Below are positions 30,911-39,588 of a DNA stretch of 64,000 nt, piece by piece. The stretch comes from Phycisphaerae bacterium (GTDB taxonomy: Bacteria > Planctomycetota > Phycisphaerae > UBA1845 > Fen-1342): the NCBI GenBank assembly GCA_050115495.1, contig JASFQK010000004.1, positions 96,001-160,000 of the forward strand, given 5' to 3'. The notes beneath the pieces were generated by a model, which worked only from the letters and a program-made list of their open reading frames with translations, had not been told where the DNA came from and searched no databases. How positions within the stretch are numbered: position 1 is the first letter of the stretch; each line of letters begins with the position of its first letter. The position numbers and the translations under genes were made by a program.

Positions 30911-31474
30911 GTGAAGCAAGTGGATCGGGCGAAATGGCGGGCGTCGGGGGTGAGCCTGGTGCTGGGGCTGTTGTGGGGCTGCGTGCCGCCGACCGGGCCG
31001 AATCCGACGCCTGGTACGCGCGCGAAGCCGGCGTCATCAGCGTCGCCGACATCGCAGCCGACGACCGCACCCGTACGGACCGAGGCACCGCCGCCGTCGG
31101 CGGCTCCCGCCGCTGCGCCAGCGACGGCCGCTAGCGAGGCACAAGCGGCCACCGCCGAGTCGCCCGCCAGTGAAGTGCAGCACCTGATCGCCCAGGCCGC
31201 GGAACTGCAATTCTCCAGCGAGCGGACGGAAGCGCTCTGTGCGCTCGCCCGTCGCTCGGACCTCACCGCCGCGGACGAGACGGCGCTGGTGGAGGCCGCC
31301 TGCGGCCTGGCCTTCAGCGAGCACGTCGCGTCGGTGTTTATCGCTCTTGCTGGCAATCCGCGGCTGACGCCCGAAGGCCGGGCGGTGATCCAGCGGCGGA
31401 TCGGCTGCGTCCGATTTGCGCAGCACCGCGAGCAGGTCATGGCGGCGCTGGAGGGGCACGGCGGGGTCCCTTAG
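30911..31474 (+). CDS. hypothetical lipoprotein with Pro/Ala/Thr linker
   Basis: LVLGLLWGC lipobox-like, low-complexity linker, helical C-terminus. Confidence 0.6.
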   Translation: MKQVDRAKWRASGVSLVLGLLWGCVPPTGPNPTPGTRAKPASSASPTSQPTTAPVRTEAPPPSAAPAAAPATAASEAQAATAESPASEVQHLIAQAAELQFSSERTEALCALARRSDLTAADETALVEAACGLAFSEHVASVFIALAGNPRLTPEGRAVIQRRIGCVRFAQHREQVMAALEGHGGVP

Positions 31475-31475
31475 A

Positions 31476-31928
31476 ATGGCCGGCATGACAGCAAACGCCC
31501 CACGACGCCGGGAGAAACCCGCCGATGATCCATCGGCGGCAGACGATGCGCTGGCCTTCGCCATTGCGGCGGCGCGCATCGCTGCGGACAACAAGACCGC
31601 GGACGTGGAAATCCTCGATTTGCGCGGCCTGAGCGGTTTCGCCGATTTCTTCGTGCTCGGGACGGGCAGCTCGGATCGGCAGATGCACGCGGTGGTGGAC
31701 TTCGTCGAGGAGCACGCCAAGGCGGTCGGCCGATCGCCGTTCAAACTGGCCGATTCGCGCTCGGCGCACTGGATCCTGGCCGACTACGTAGACGTGGTGG
31801 TGCATCTGTTCGACCAGCAGCACCGCGAGTTCTACGATCTCTCCGGGCTATGGGGCGACGCGCCGCGTGTGTCGTGGGAGGAGAACAAGCCCGACAAACA
31901 AGGTCCGCTGAGGCCGGAGAACGATTGA
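31476..31928 (+). CDS. rsfS: ribosome silencing factor
   Basis: DNKTADVEILDL, ADFFVLGTGSSDRQ, WILADYVDVVVHLF, REFYDLSGLWGDAP. Confidence 0.95.
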   Translation: MAGMTANAPRRREKPADDPSAADDALAFAIAAARIAADNKTADVEILDLRGLSGFADFFVLGTGSSDRQMHAVVDFVEEHAKAVGRSPFKLADSRSAHWILADYVDVVVHLFDQQHREFYDLSGLWGDAPRVSWEENKPDKQGPLRPEND

Positions 31929-31971
31929 GCACGCGAAGGCGCTCGCGATCGGCGGAATCGGACGCGGCTGC

Positions 31972-31999
31972 TTGACGTCCCCTCACACCGTACTATGAT
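31972..31999 (+). promoter_or_regulatory. sigma70-type promoter
   Basis: TTGACG-16 nt-TATGAT, close to consensus in a GC-rich genome. Confidence 0.6.
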
Positions 32000-32004
32000 T
32001 CACT

Positions 32005-32080
32005 TGCCGGCACGTGGTCCCCCCCCGCCACGTCCGGCGGGGCGTTGAACGCCATTGGCGTTCGACGCCCTCTTTTTTCC
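32005..32080 (+). ncRNA. candidate small RNA or leader: C8-loop hairpin plus intrinsic terminator
   Basis: GCCGGcACGTGG-TCCCCCCCCG-CCACGTCCGGC, then GGGCGTTGAACGCC-ATT-GGCGTTCGACGCCC-TCTTTTTT, directly after the promoter. Confidence 0.5.
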
Positions 32081-32378
32081 CCTCAGACCAACGACGACCA
32101 TTGGGCAGGCAGGACGCTAGGCCGATCAGAACTCGCGTTCGCCGGCTTCTCCGCTGACCGGCCACACGCACGGGGGGAGGGGGTGTCCGGCGCGGGCCGC
32201 TGGCGGTCGGGACGGACTCATTACCGGGCATACAACTCGTCGTTATGGGCTGGCGAGCGCACGGTGGCGTCGCAGTTCGTGCGGTCCAGCGGATGCAGTA
32301 AACCGCGGCTGGCCGATCACCGATGTTGTTGTCGGCTGTGCCATGGGGCGTGCAGCCAACGTCCAGGAAGGCGGGGCC

Positions 32379-32900
32379 ATGAGAGCCGATTGCATCAATC
32401 CCTTTGTGGAAAGCCTCTGCGATGTCTTTGCGACCATGCTGGATACGCCGGTGAAGCGGCGTAACCTGGAGCTGGGGCAAAGCAGCATTCTCGCCGAGGG
32501 CCGGCACCTGACTTCGTTGATTGGCATCAGCGGTGAGGTCAGTGGTGTCGTGGCGCTGTGCTTCCCGCACGAAACGGCGCTATCGGTCACCACACGGCTG
32601 CTCCACGTCGAGCGCCCCATAGAGGACGAGGCCGTCACGGATGCACTCGCGGAACTGGCGAACATGGTGGCCGGCTCGGCGAAGGCCAAGCTGAACCTGG
32701 CCGTGCCGGCGACGTTGGGGCTGCCGTCGGTCGTTGAAGGTACGAACTACCGCACGCGCTTCCCCGCCAACACCGCCTCGATCAGTCTCGTCTTCGGCTC
32801 CGACGCCGGCGATTTCTCGATGGAGGTCTCGTTCGCCCAGCCCGGGGGGGCCGCTAAGGCGTCCGCGGGATCGGCGGCGACTCCGCAGCCGGTCGCGTAG
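32379..32900 (+). CDS. cheX: CheX-family chemotaxis phosphatase
   Basis: INPFVES..VFATML, SLIGISG..SG, DALAELANMVAGSAK, LGLPSVV. Confidence 0.9.
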   Translation: MRADCINPFVESLCDVFATMLDTPVKRRNLELGQSSILAEGRHLTSLIGISGEVSGVVALCFPHETALSVTTRLLHVERPIEDEAVTDALAELANMVAGSAKAKLNLAVPATLGLPSVVEGTNYRTRFPANTASISLVFGSDAGDFSMEVSFAQPGGAAKASAGSAATPQPVA

Positions 32901-34386
32901 CCGCGTCTTTCAGCCTCTCCTGCCAGATATGCGTCTGCTCGGCGTCGCCGGCCGCTACGTAGTAGTCGACGATGCGCTGGATGGCTTCGCGGCTGCGCTC
33001 GTGCTGCGGCCCGCGGCCCTCAAGGATGTATTGATAGCTATCCAGGAGCAGCGGCTCCGCCTCGGCCAGCCGGCCCAGGTGCGTCAGACACCCGCCCAGC
33101 AGGCTCTCCGTGTACGCCGACCACCATTGGTCTTCGTCCACCAGGTTCCGCCGCAAGGCGAGGCACTCTCGCAGAACCGGTTCGGCGGCGGCGTAGTTGC
33201 CCTGGGCCATCAGCGTCAGGGCTGAGGTCTCGAGCGCCGCGGCCAGTTGCCGCTCGGCACGCTTGGCTCGCCACAGGGCGACGTTCTGGGCACGTTTCTG
33301 GTCGACCAGCTCGGCGCGGGCCGATTGCGCCTCGAGATACAGTATGGTCATCCAGACCGCGAACGTGCTGACCAGCACGAACAGCGCGGCGACGAACGTC
33401 GCCGGCACGACGTGACGGGCGATCAGCTTGCGCAACAGATAGGCTGCGGTGGCGGGGCGGGCGAGGACCGGTTGGTTGGTGAGGTAGCGGTCGACGTCTT
33501 CACCCAGGGCGGTCGCACTCTGGTAACGAGCGATCGGGTCGCAGGCGAGCGCCTTGGCGATGATGACGCGCAGATCCCCGCGCAGGCTCTCGTGCAGCCG
33601 CGGTCCCCCGTTGCCGTTCGGCCCTTCGCTCCGCGGGCGCGGCAAATGGCCGCTGGCCAGCTCGTGCAAAATCACGCCCAGCGAGTACACGTCCGTGCGC
33701 GTGTCGATGTCCTCCGGATTGCCGCGGGCCTGCTCCGGGCTCATGTACGGCAGCGTGCCCATCACCTTGCCCGCCTCGGCGAACATCGTGCGCATGGCCT
33801 CGTCGGCGTCGGTGATCCGCGCCAGGCCGAAGTCCAGGATCTTCGGGTTGCCCTCGCCGTCCACCACGATATTGGAGGGTTTCAGGTCGCGGTGAATCAC
33901 GCCGCGCTGGTGGGCGTATTGCACCGCCGAGCAGATCCGGCAGAACAGGCTGAGCTGCCCGCGCAGCGGAAGCTGCTGTAAGCGCACGTATTCGATCAGC
34001 GGCACGCCGCGAACGAGCTCCATGGCGAAGTAGTGCTGACCCGCTTCGGTCCGGCCCGTTTCGTACAGCGCGGCGATGCTCGGGTGTGACAGGCGCGCGA
34101 GCGTCTCCACCTCCTGCCGGAACAGGCGCAGGCGATGCTTGTCCACCGCACCCCGGCTGCGCATGACCTTGAGGGCAACCGTGCGTGGCGGTTCCTTCTG
34201 CCGCGCCTCGTAGATCACGCCCATGCCACCCCGCCCGATCTCCCGCGTGACGGTATAGCCCGGTATGGAGCCCAGCGGCCGCCGCATGGCCGGGGAGGCA
34301 TTGGCCAGCGCGGCGGCCTCGCGGCGTGCGGCGGCGATGCGCTGCTGTTCGCTGCTGGCGTTCTGCTGGTTGACTGCTCCCTTCAT
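32854..34386 (-). CDS. Ser/Thr protein kinase with TM helix and TPR domain
   Basis: IGRGGMGVIY, VALK, HRDLKPSN, DFGLA, GTLPYMSPEQ, DVYSLG; C-terminal TPR (AEPVLRECLALRR). Confidence 0.93.
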   Translation of the reverse strand: MKGAVNQQNASSEQQRIAAARREAAALANASPAMRRPLGSIPGYTVTREIGRGGMGVIYEARQKEPPRTVALKVMRSRGAVDKHRLRLFRQEVETLARLSHPSIAALYETGRTEAGQHYFAMELVRGVPLIEYVRLQQLPLRGQLSLFCRICSAVQYAHQRGVIHRDLKPSNIVVDGEGNPKILDFGLARITDADEAMRTMFAEAGKVMGTLPYMSPEQARGNPEDIDTRTDVYSLGVILHELASGHLPRPRSEGPNGNGGPRLHESLRGDLRVIIAKALACDPIARYQSATALGEDVDRYLTNQPVLARPATAAYLLRKLIARHVVPATFVAALFVLVSTFAVWMTILYLEAQSARAELVDQKRAQNVALWRAKRAERQLAAALETSALTLMAQGNYAAAEPVLRECLALRRNLVDEDQWWSAYTESLLGGCLTHLGRLAEAEPLLLDSYQYILEGRGPQHERSREAIQRIVDYYVAAGDAEQTHIWQERLKDAATRPAAESPPIPRTP

Positions 34387-34449
34387 AGGGGGCTCCGTGT
34401 CCCGAAAGCGCGGGCGTCCGCCGGCCTGCCGCCACGGACCGTCAGGTCG

Positions 34450-35082
34450 TTAGCCGGCGCCGCTCAGGTAGAGTGAGGCCGTGCCCATGGTCTGACGCAG
34501 GCAACGATGCGCTCGGCTGCGCAGCATGACGACGGCGCCGGGGCTGCGGTTGAGCACGCGGGCCACGTCCGCCGAATGGGCACCTTGCAGGTCGATCATC
34601 CGGATGACGGTCCGGTACTGCTCGGGGAGTTGCTCGATGGCTCGTTCGAGCTGAACGCGGGCCTCGTCGCGGGCGGCGCAGCGGCTCGGAGAGCTGTGCG
34701 TACCGGCCAGACGTTCGTATAGAACGAGGAACGATTCGTCGTCCGGGCGGGCTTCGACGCGTCGCCGGTTCTTGCCGCGCTTCTCTGCGTCGAGCATGCG
34801 CAGGGCGTCCAGCAGGTTGCGTTGGGCCAGTGTCGTGAGCCAGGCGTGAAACGAACCCGCTCCACGTGGCTCGAAATGTTTGATGTCGAGAAACGCGTCG
34901 ATGTAGGTTTCCTGCACGACGTCGTCTATGGAGAGGACCGATTGCCAGCGTGGGGGGATGCTGCCGGCGAGTCGCCGGGCTAAGTCAGGGCCGTGCTGCT
35001 CGAGCAATTGGGCCAAGGCGTCGGCGTCGCCGGCCACCGCCTGATCGAGCAATTGGTCTTCCGAAGCGTTCATTGTCACCAC
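34450..35082 (-). CDS. ECF RNA polymerase sigma factor, upstream of kinase
   Basis: AVAGDADALAQLL, SIDDVVQETY, SSPSR, AIEQLPEQYRTVI..VARVLNRSPGAV. Confidence 0.92.
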   Translation of the reverse strand: MVTMNASEDQLLDQAVAGDADALAQLLEQHGPDLARRLAGSIPPRWQSVLSIDDVVQETYIDAFLDIKHFEPRGAGSFHAWLTTLAQRNLLDALRMLDAEKRGKNRRRVEARPDDESFLVLYERLAGTHSSPSRCAARDEARVQLERAIEQLPEQYRTVIRMIDLQGAHSADVARVLNRSPGAVVMLRSRAHRCLRQTMGTASLYLSGAG

Positions 35083-35451
35083 GCGGGAACCCGGAAGGTG
35101 TGGGTCCCACCAACCAAGCGTAGCAACGCCCCGGTGGCCCTACAAGCGCAGATAGCTGGAATGGGCGAGGTCGCCGTAATTATAGGACCATAGTACATGG
35201 ATGCCGCCGCGGCTCTTGCCGGGATAAAGTTGTCGATTCTTGCGTGGCATGCGATACCGGCCTTCGCTTATAAGGATATGGGGTTCTGCGCGAGGTAGAC
35301 GGCGGCACTCGCCCGACTCGCGTCGTGCTCCGTACCTGGGAGGCTGTGAGACGCCGGGAAGGGTCGCCGGCGCAACTCGCTGGACCATTGCGTGTGATGG
35401 TCCGATAAGCCTGCCACACTTCTGTTTGCCGAGGCGCGAAGGAGAAACGAG

Positions 35452-36504
35452 ATGGTCAAATCTAGACGGAGTGCCTTTACCCTGATTGAGCTGCTCGTGG
35501 TTGTGGCGATCATCGCGCTGCTCATTTCCATCCTGCTGCCGAGCCTGAGCCAGGCCCGTGAGCAGGGCAAGAAGGCCGTGTGCATGTCGAACCTCAAGTC
35601 CCTGGCCCAGGCTTCGCATGCGTACGCGACTGACGACCGGCGGGAGCAGATCGTGCCGTTGCACATCTCGCACGCCAGGATCGCGTCTACCGGATTCGGT
35701 TCCGAGTGGTGCTGGCGGACGGCCGAGCCGTACGCTTACGGCGGTCGCACGCCGACCAAGCCGTTCACCGGCAACGGCGGCAACACGGAAATCATGATGG
35801 ACGAGGATGGCATCTGGGCCGCTCACACCCGCCCGCTCAACCGGTACGTCTACGGTGACATCGACCAGGCGGACTCAAAGAAGCTCGAGATGTACCACTG
35901 CCCGTCGGACAAGGGCTATCCGGACAACGTCCGTTGGGTGCAGGACGCCCCGAACGACTGCGCCGAGATCCCGCTGTACGACATGCTGGGCAACGGCTAC
36001 CGCATCAATACGTGCGGGATGCTGTGGGTGTCCGGGGCGCAGCGGCAGGCGTCCGTGTCGGTCAGTGCTTGGGGCCACGCGGCCTCGACGATCGACAACC
36101 CCTCGCGGACGGTTCTCTACTCCGAGCCGCTGTTCTACAACTTCAGCCGGCAGGAGGCTGATGAGGATCCGACGCTCGTTCCCATTGAGGGTTGGCACCG
36201 CCGCGTGATGTCGGACAACGTCGCCTATTGCGACGGCTCCGGGAAGATGACCCGCGTGGATCAGCTCTCGAAGTTCGACGGCGTGACGATCGGCGCCATG
36301 AACGTGACGCGGGCTTTCCCGTGGAACTACTTCCTGCGTCGTGGCCGGACGTGGCAGACGGACTGCTACCCATCGCCGGGTGCGCTGTTCCTGGTCTTCG
36401 GGCCGACCGGCGCGCCGATCTTTGACGCTATGGGCTACATTGCCACCTCGGGCTATCGCGGCTGGCCGTTCGACGGCATCCGCCCGAACCTTGCCCCAGA
36501 TTAA
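35452..36504 (+). CDS. prepilin-type protein, tandem paralog 1
   Basis: [54 protein letters not shown]. Confidence 0.92.
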   Translation: MVKSRRSAFTLIELLVVVAIIALLISILLPSLSQAREQGKKAVCMSNLKSLAQASHAYATDDRREQIVPLHISHARIASTGFGSEWCWRTAEPYAYGGRTPTKPFTGNGGNTEIMMDEDGIWAAHTRPLNRYVYGDIDQADSKKLEMYHCPSDKGYPDNVRWVQDAPNDCAEIPLYDMLGNGYRINTCGMLWVSGAQRQASVSVSAWGHAASTIDNPSRTVLYSEPLFYNFSRQEADEDPTLVPIEGWHRRVMSDNVAYCDGSGKMTRVDQLSKFDGVTIGAMNVTRAFPWNYFLRRGRTWQTDCYPSPGALFLVFGPTGAPIFDAMGYIATSGYRGWPFDGIRPNLAPD

Positions 36505-36536
36505 GCCGAGCCTCTGCAACCGCAGTCTGTTGAACG

Positions 36537-36572
36537 AGGCCGCCCGGTTCGTCGCCGGGCGGCTTCTTTTTT
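36537..36572 (+). terminator. intrinsic terminator
   Basis: GCCGCCCGG-ttcgtcg-CCGGGCGGC followed by TTCTTTTTT. Confidence 0.8.
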
Positions 36573-36942
36573 CCATGCGCGTGCGGGCGGGTAGGTCGCA
36601 CGGACGCGGGGCGTACCTGTCTGGTGCTGGTTTGATGTTAGTTATTATCGGGCCATGCGCGGCTCGTCGTCGCCGGCCTTTGGCGGGGCCGAAAAAAAAA
36701 TAAAAAGTGACGGTTCCCGCGCGTGGTGTTTGACGCCCGCCTTCGCTTACGAGAAAGTGGAGCTGTCTGGGGGGGATGGGTACGTCCATCCTACAGACCG
36801 CCGCCCGAATGTTGTATTCCGGCCGGCGTTAACCTCCACGTGCGGGGCCTGCGTGCCGCCCGGCGGTGCTGCCGTGACGGTCTGCGGGTTGACCCGAGAG
36901 GCACAATGAATCGTGAGCGCCGAAGCGCAAAGGAGAAACGAA

Positions 36943-37998
36943 ATGGTCAAAGCCAAGCGGAGCGCCTTCACCCTGATTGAGCTGCTGGTGGTCGTGGCGA
37001 TCATCGCGCTGCTCATCTCCATCCTGTTGCCGAGCCTGAGCCAGGCCCGTGAGCAGGGCAAGAAGGCCGTGTGCATGTCGAACCTCAAGTCGATCGCCCA
37101 GGCCTCCCACGCCTATGCGGCCGATGACCGGCGCGAGCAGCTCGTCCCGCTGCATATCTCGCACGTGTCCAGCCAGTCGTCCCAGGGTTTCGGGGCCGAG
37201 TGGTCGTGGCGCACGGCCGAGCCGTATGCGTACGGCGGTCGCACGCCGACCAAGCCGTTCACCGGCAACGGCGGCAACACGGAAGTCATGATGGACGAGA
37301 CCGGCATCTGGGCTGCCCACACGCGTCCGCTCAACCGGTACGTCTACGGCGACATCGACCAGGCGGATTCGAAGAAGCTCGAGATGTACCACTGCCCATC
37401 GGACAAGGGCTATCCGGACAACGACCGCTGGGTACAGGACGCCCCGCCCGATTGCGCTGAGATCCCGCTGTACGACATGCTCGGCAACGGCTACCGCATT
37501 AACACATGCGGTCTGGTCTTCATCTCGGGAAGCCAGAAGAGTGGCTCCGTGTCGGTCAGTGCCTGGGGCCACGCGGCCTCGACGATCGACAACCCCTCAC
37601 GGACGGTGCTCTACTCCGAGCCGCTGTTCTACAACTTCAGCCGCCAGGAGTCCGACGAGGATCCGACGCTTGTTCCCATTGAGGGCTGGCACCGCCGCGT
37701 GATGTCGGACAACGTCGCCTACTGTGACGGCTCCGGGAAGATGACCCGCGTGGACCAGCTCTCGAAGTTCGACGGCGTGACGATCGGCGCGATGAACGTG
37801 ACGCGGGCCTTCGGCTGGCACTACTTCCTGCGTCGCGGCCGCACGTGGCAAACGGACTGCTACCCGTCGCCCGGGGCTGCGATCCAGGTTTACAACGTCA
37901 ACGGCACGCTCTACAGCGACATCCTCAGCCATATTGCCCAGTCGGGCTACCGTGGCTGGCCGTTCGATGGTCTGCGGGCGAATACCACGCCGGAGTAG
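36943..37998 (+). CDS. prepilin-type protein, tandem paralog 2
   Basis: RBS AAGGAG; near-identical to paralogs 1 and 3. Confidence 0.92.
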   Translation: MVKAKRSAFTLIELLVVVAIIALLISILLPSLSQAREQGKKAVCMSNLKSIAQASHAYAADDRREQLVPLHISHVSSQSSQGFGAEWSWRTAEPYAYGGRTPTKPFTGNGGNTEVMMDETGIWAAHTRPLNRYVYGDIDQADSKKLEMYHCPSDKGYPDNDRWVQDAPPDCAEIPLYDMLGNGYRINTCGLVFISGSQKSGSVSVSAWGHAASTIDNPSRTVLYSEPLFYNFSRQESDEDPTLVPIEGWHRRVMSDNVAYCDGSGKMTRVDQLSKFDGVTIGAMNVTRAFGWHYFLRRGRTWQTDCYPSPGAAIQVYNVNGTLYSDILSHIAQSGYRGWPFDGLRANTTPE

Positions 37999-38029
37999 GC
38001 CGACTCTCCGAAACCACAGTCTGCTCTAG

Positions 38030-38065
38030 GAAGCCGCCCGGCTTGTCGCCGGGCGGCTTCTTTTT
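38030..38065 (+). terminator. intrinsic terminator
   Basis: GAAGCCGCCCGGC-ttgtc-GCCGGGCGGCTTC followed by TTTTT. Confidence 0.85.
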
Positions 38066-38440
38066 GTCTTGGAGGGCTGGTCGGGGCGGAAGCGCAAACG
38101 CGCGCAGCGACCGGCGGGGCGGGTGTGACGGCGACAGTTATCGGGCCTTGTGGGCCATGCTCTGACGCCGAACTCAGCCACGGTGGAGAAGAACGCGTGA
38201 CACCGGCTCTTCTCGCGTGGCATGCGACGCCAGCTTTCGCTTAAGAGAACGTGGAGTCGTGTGACGGGCAGACGGCCGCGGCCATCTCGCCCAACGTCGC
38301 CGGGAAGTTCGGTTCCGGTTGGCGACCCGATCCACGAGTGGGGCCTGCGTGTCGACCGGCGGCGTTGCCGGGATGGCGAGCGGGATAGTCCGATAAGTAC
38401 AGGGCACGTCATGGGCGCCTTGCCGTAAAGGAGAATCGAG

Positions 38441-39496
38441 ATGATCAGGTCAAAAAGGGCGGCCTTTACTCTGATTGAGCTGCTGGTGGTGGTGGCGATC
38501 ATCGCGCTGCTCATCTCCATCCTGCTGCCCAGCCTGAGCCAGGCCCGTGAGCAGGGCAAGAAGGCCGTGTGCATGTCGAACCTCAAGTCGATCGCCCAGG
38601 CCTCGCACGCCTACGCCGCCGACGACGTACGCGAGCAGCTCGTCCCGCTGCACATCTCGCACGTGTCGAGCACGTCGTCCCAGGGCTTCGGGGCCGAGTG
38701 GTCGTGGCGCACGGCCGCCCCGTACGCTTTCGGCGGTCGCACGCCGACCAAGCCGTTCGTCGGCAACGGCGGCAACGAGAGCGTCATGATGAACCCGAGC
38801 GGCATCTGGGCCGCCCACACGCGTCCACTCAACCGGTACGTCTACGGCGACATCGACCAGGCGGATTCGAAGAAGCTGGAGATGTATCACTGCCCGTCGG
38901 ACAGAGGCTACCCCGACAACCCCCGGTGGATTCAGGACGCACCGAACGACTGCGCCGAGATCCCGCTGTACGACATGCTGGGCAACGGCTACCGCATCAA
39001 CACGTGCGGCCTGGGCTGGGTCCAGGGCAACCAGGACGCCGGCACCGTGTCGGTCAGTGCCTGGGGCCACGCGGCCTCGACGGTCGACAACCCCTCGCGG
39101 ACGGTGCTCTACTCCGAGCCGCTGTTCTACAACTTCAGCCGGCAGGAAATCGACCAGGACCCGACGCTGGTGCCCATCGAAGGCTGGCACCGCCGCGTGA
39201 TGTCGGACAACGTCGCCTACTGCGACGGCTCCGGGAAAATGACCCGAGTGGATCAGCTCTCGAAGTTCGATGGCGTGACGATCGGCGCGATGAACGTGAC
39301 GCGGGCGTTTGACTGGACCTACTTCCTGCGTCGCGGCCGCACGTGGCAAACGGACTGCTACCCGTCGCCCGGCGCTCTGATCCAGATCTACAACCCCAAC
39401 GGCTCGCTGTTCTTCGACGCCGCCGGCTACATTGCCACCTCGGGTTACCGCGGCTGGCCGTTCGACGGCATTCGCGCGAACACGCCGCCGAACTAG
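38441..39496 (+). CDS. prepilin-type protein, tandem paralog 3
   Basis: RBS AAGGAG; near-identical to paralogs 1 and 2. Confidence 0.92.
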   Translation: MIRSKRAAFTLIELLVVVAIIALLISILLPSLSQAREQGKKAVCMSNLKSIAQASHAYAADDVREQLVPLHISHVSSTSSQGFGAEWSWRTAAPYAFGGRTPTKPFVGNGGNESVMMNPSGIWAAHTRPLNRYVYGDIDQADSKKLEMYHCPSDRGYPDNPRWIQDAPNDCAEIPLYDMLGNGYRINTCGLGWVQGNQDAGTVSVSAWGHAASTVDNPSRTVLYSEPLFYNFSRQEIDQDPTLVPIEGWHRRVMSDNVAYCDGSGKMTRVDQLSKFDGVTIGAMNVTRAFDWTYFLRRGRTWQTDCYPSPGALIQIYNPNGSLFFDAAGYIATSGYRGWPFDGIRANTPPN

Positions 39497-39530
39497 ACCG
39501 GCTCACCGATACCACACTCTACTCAAGAGC

Positions 39531-39567
39531 GCCGCCCGGCCCAGCGCCGGGCGGCTTCATTGTATGT
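39531..39567. terminator. hairpin terminator between convergent genes
   Basis: GCCGCCCGGC-ccagc-GCCGGGCGGC-TT, homologous to the two upstream terminators. Confidence 0.65.
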
Positions 39568-39588
39568 GGCGTTGGCGGGCGGCAGTCG

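Noticed and set aside
35452..39496. Diversity-generating retroelement explanation for the three paralogs
   Set aside because: No reverse transcriptase in the window; all copies are full genes with RBS and terminator; differences include indels and do not look adenine-restricted.
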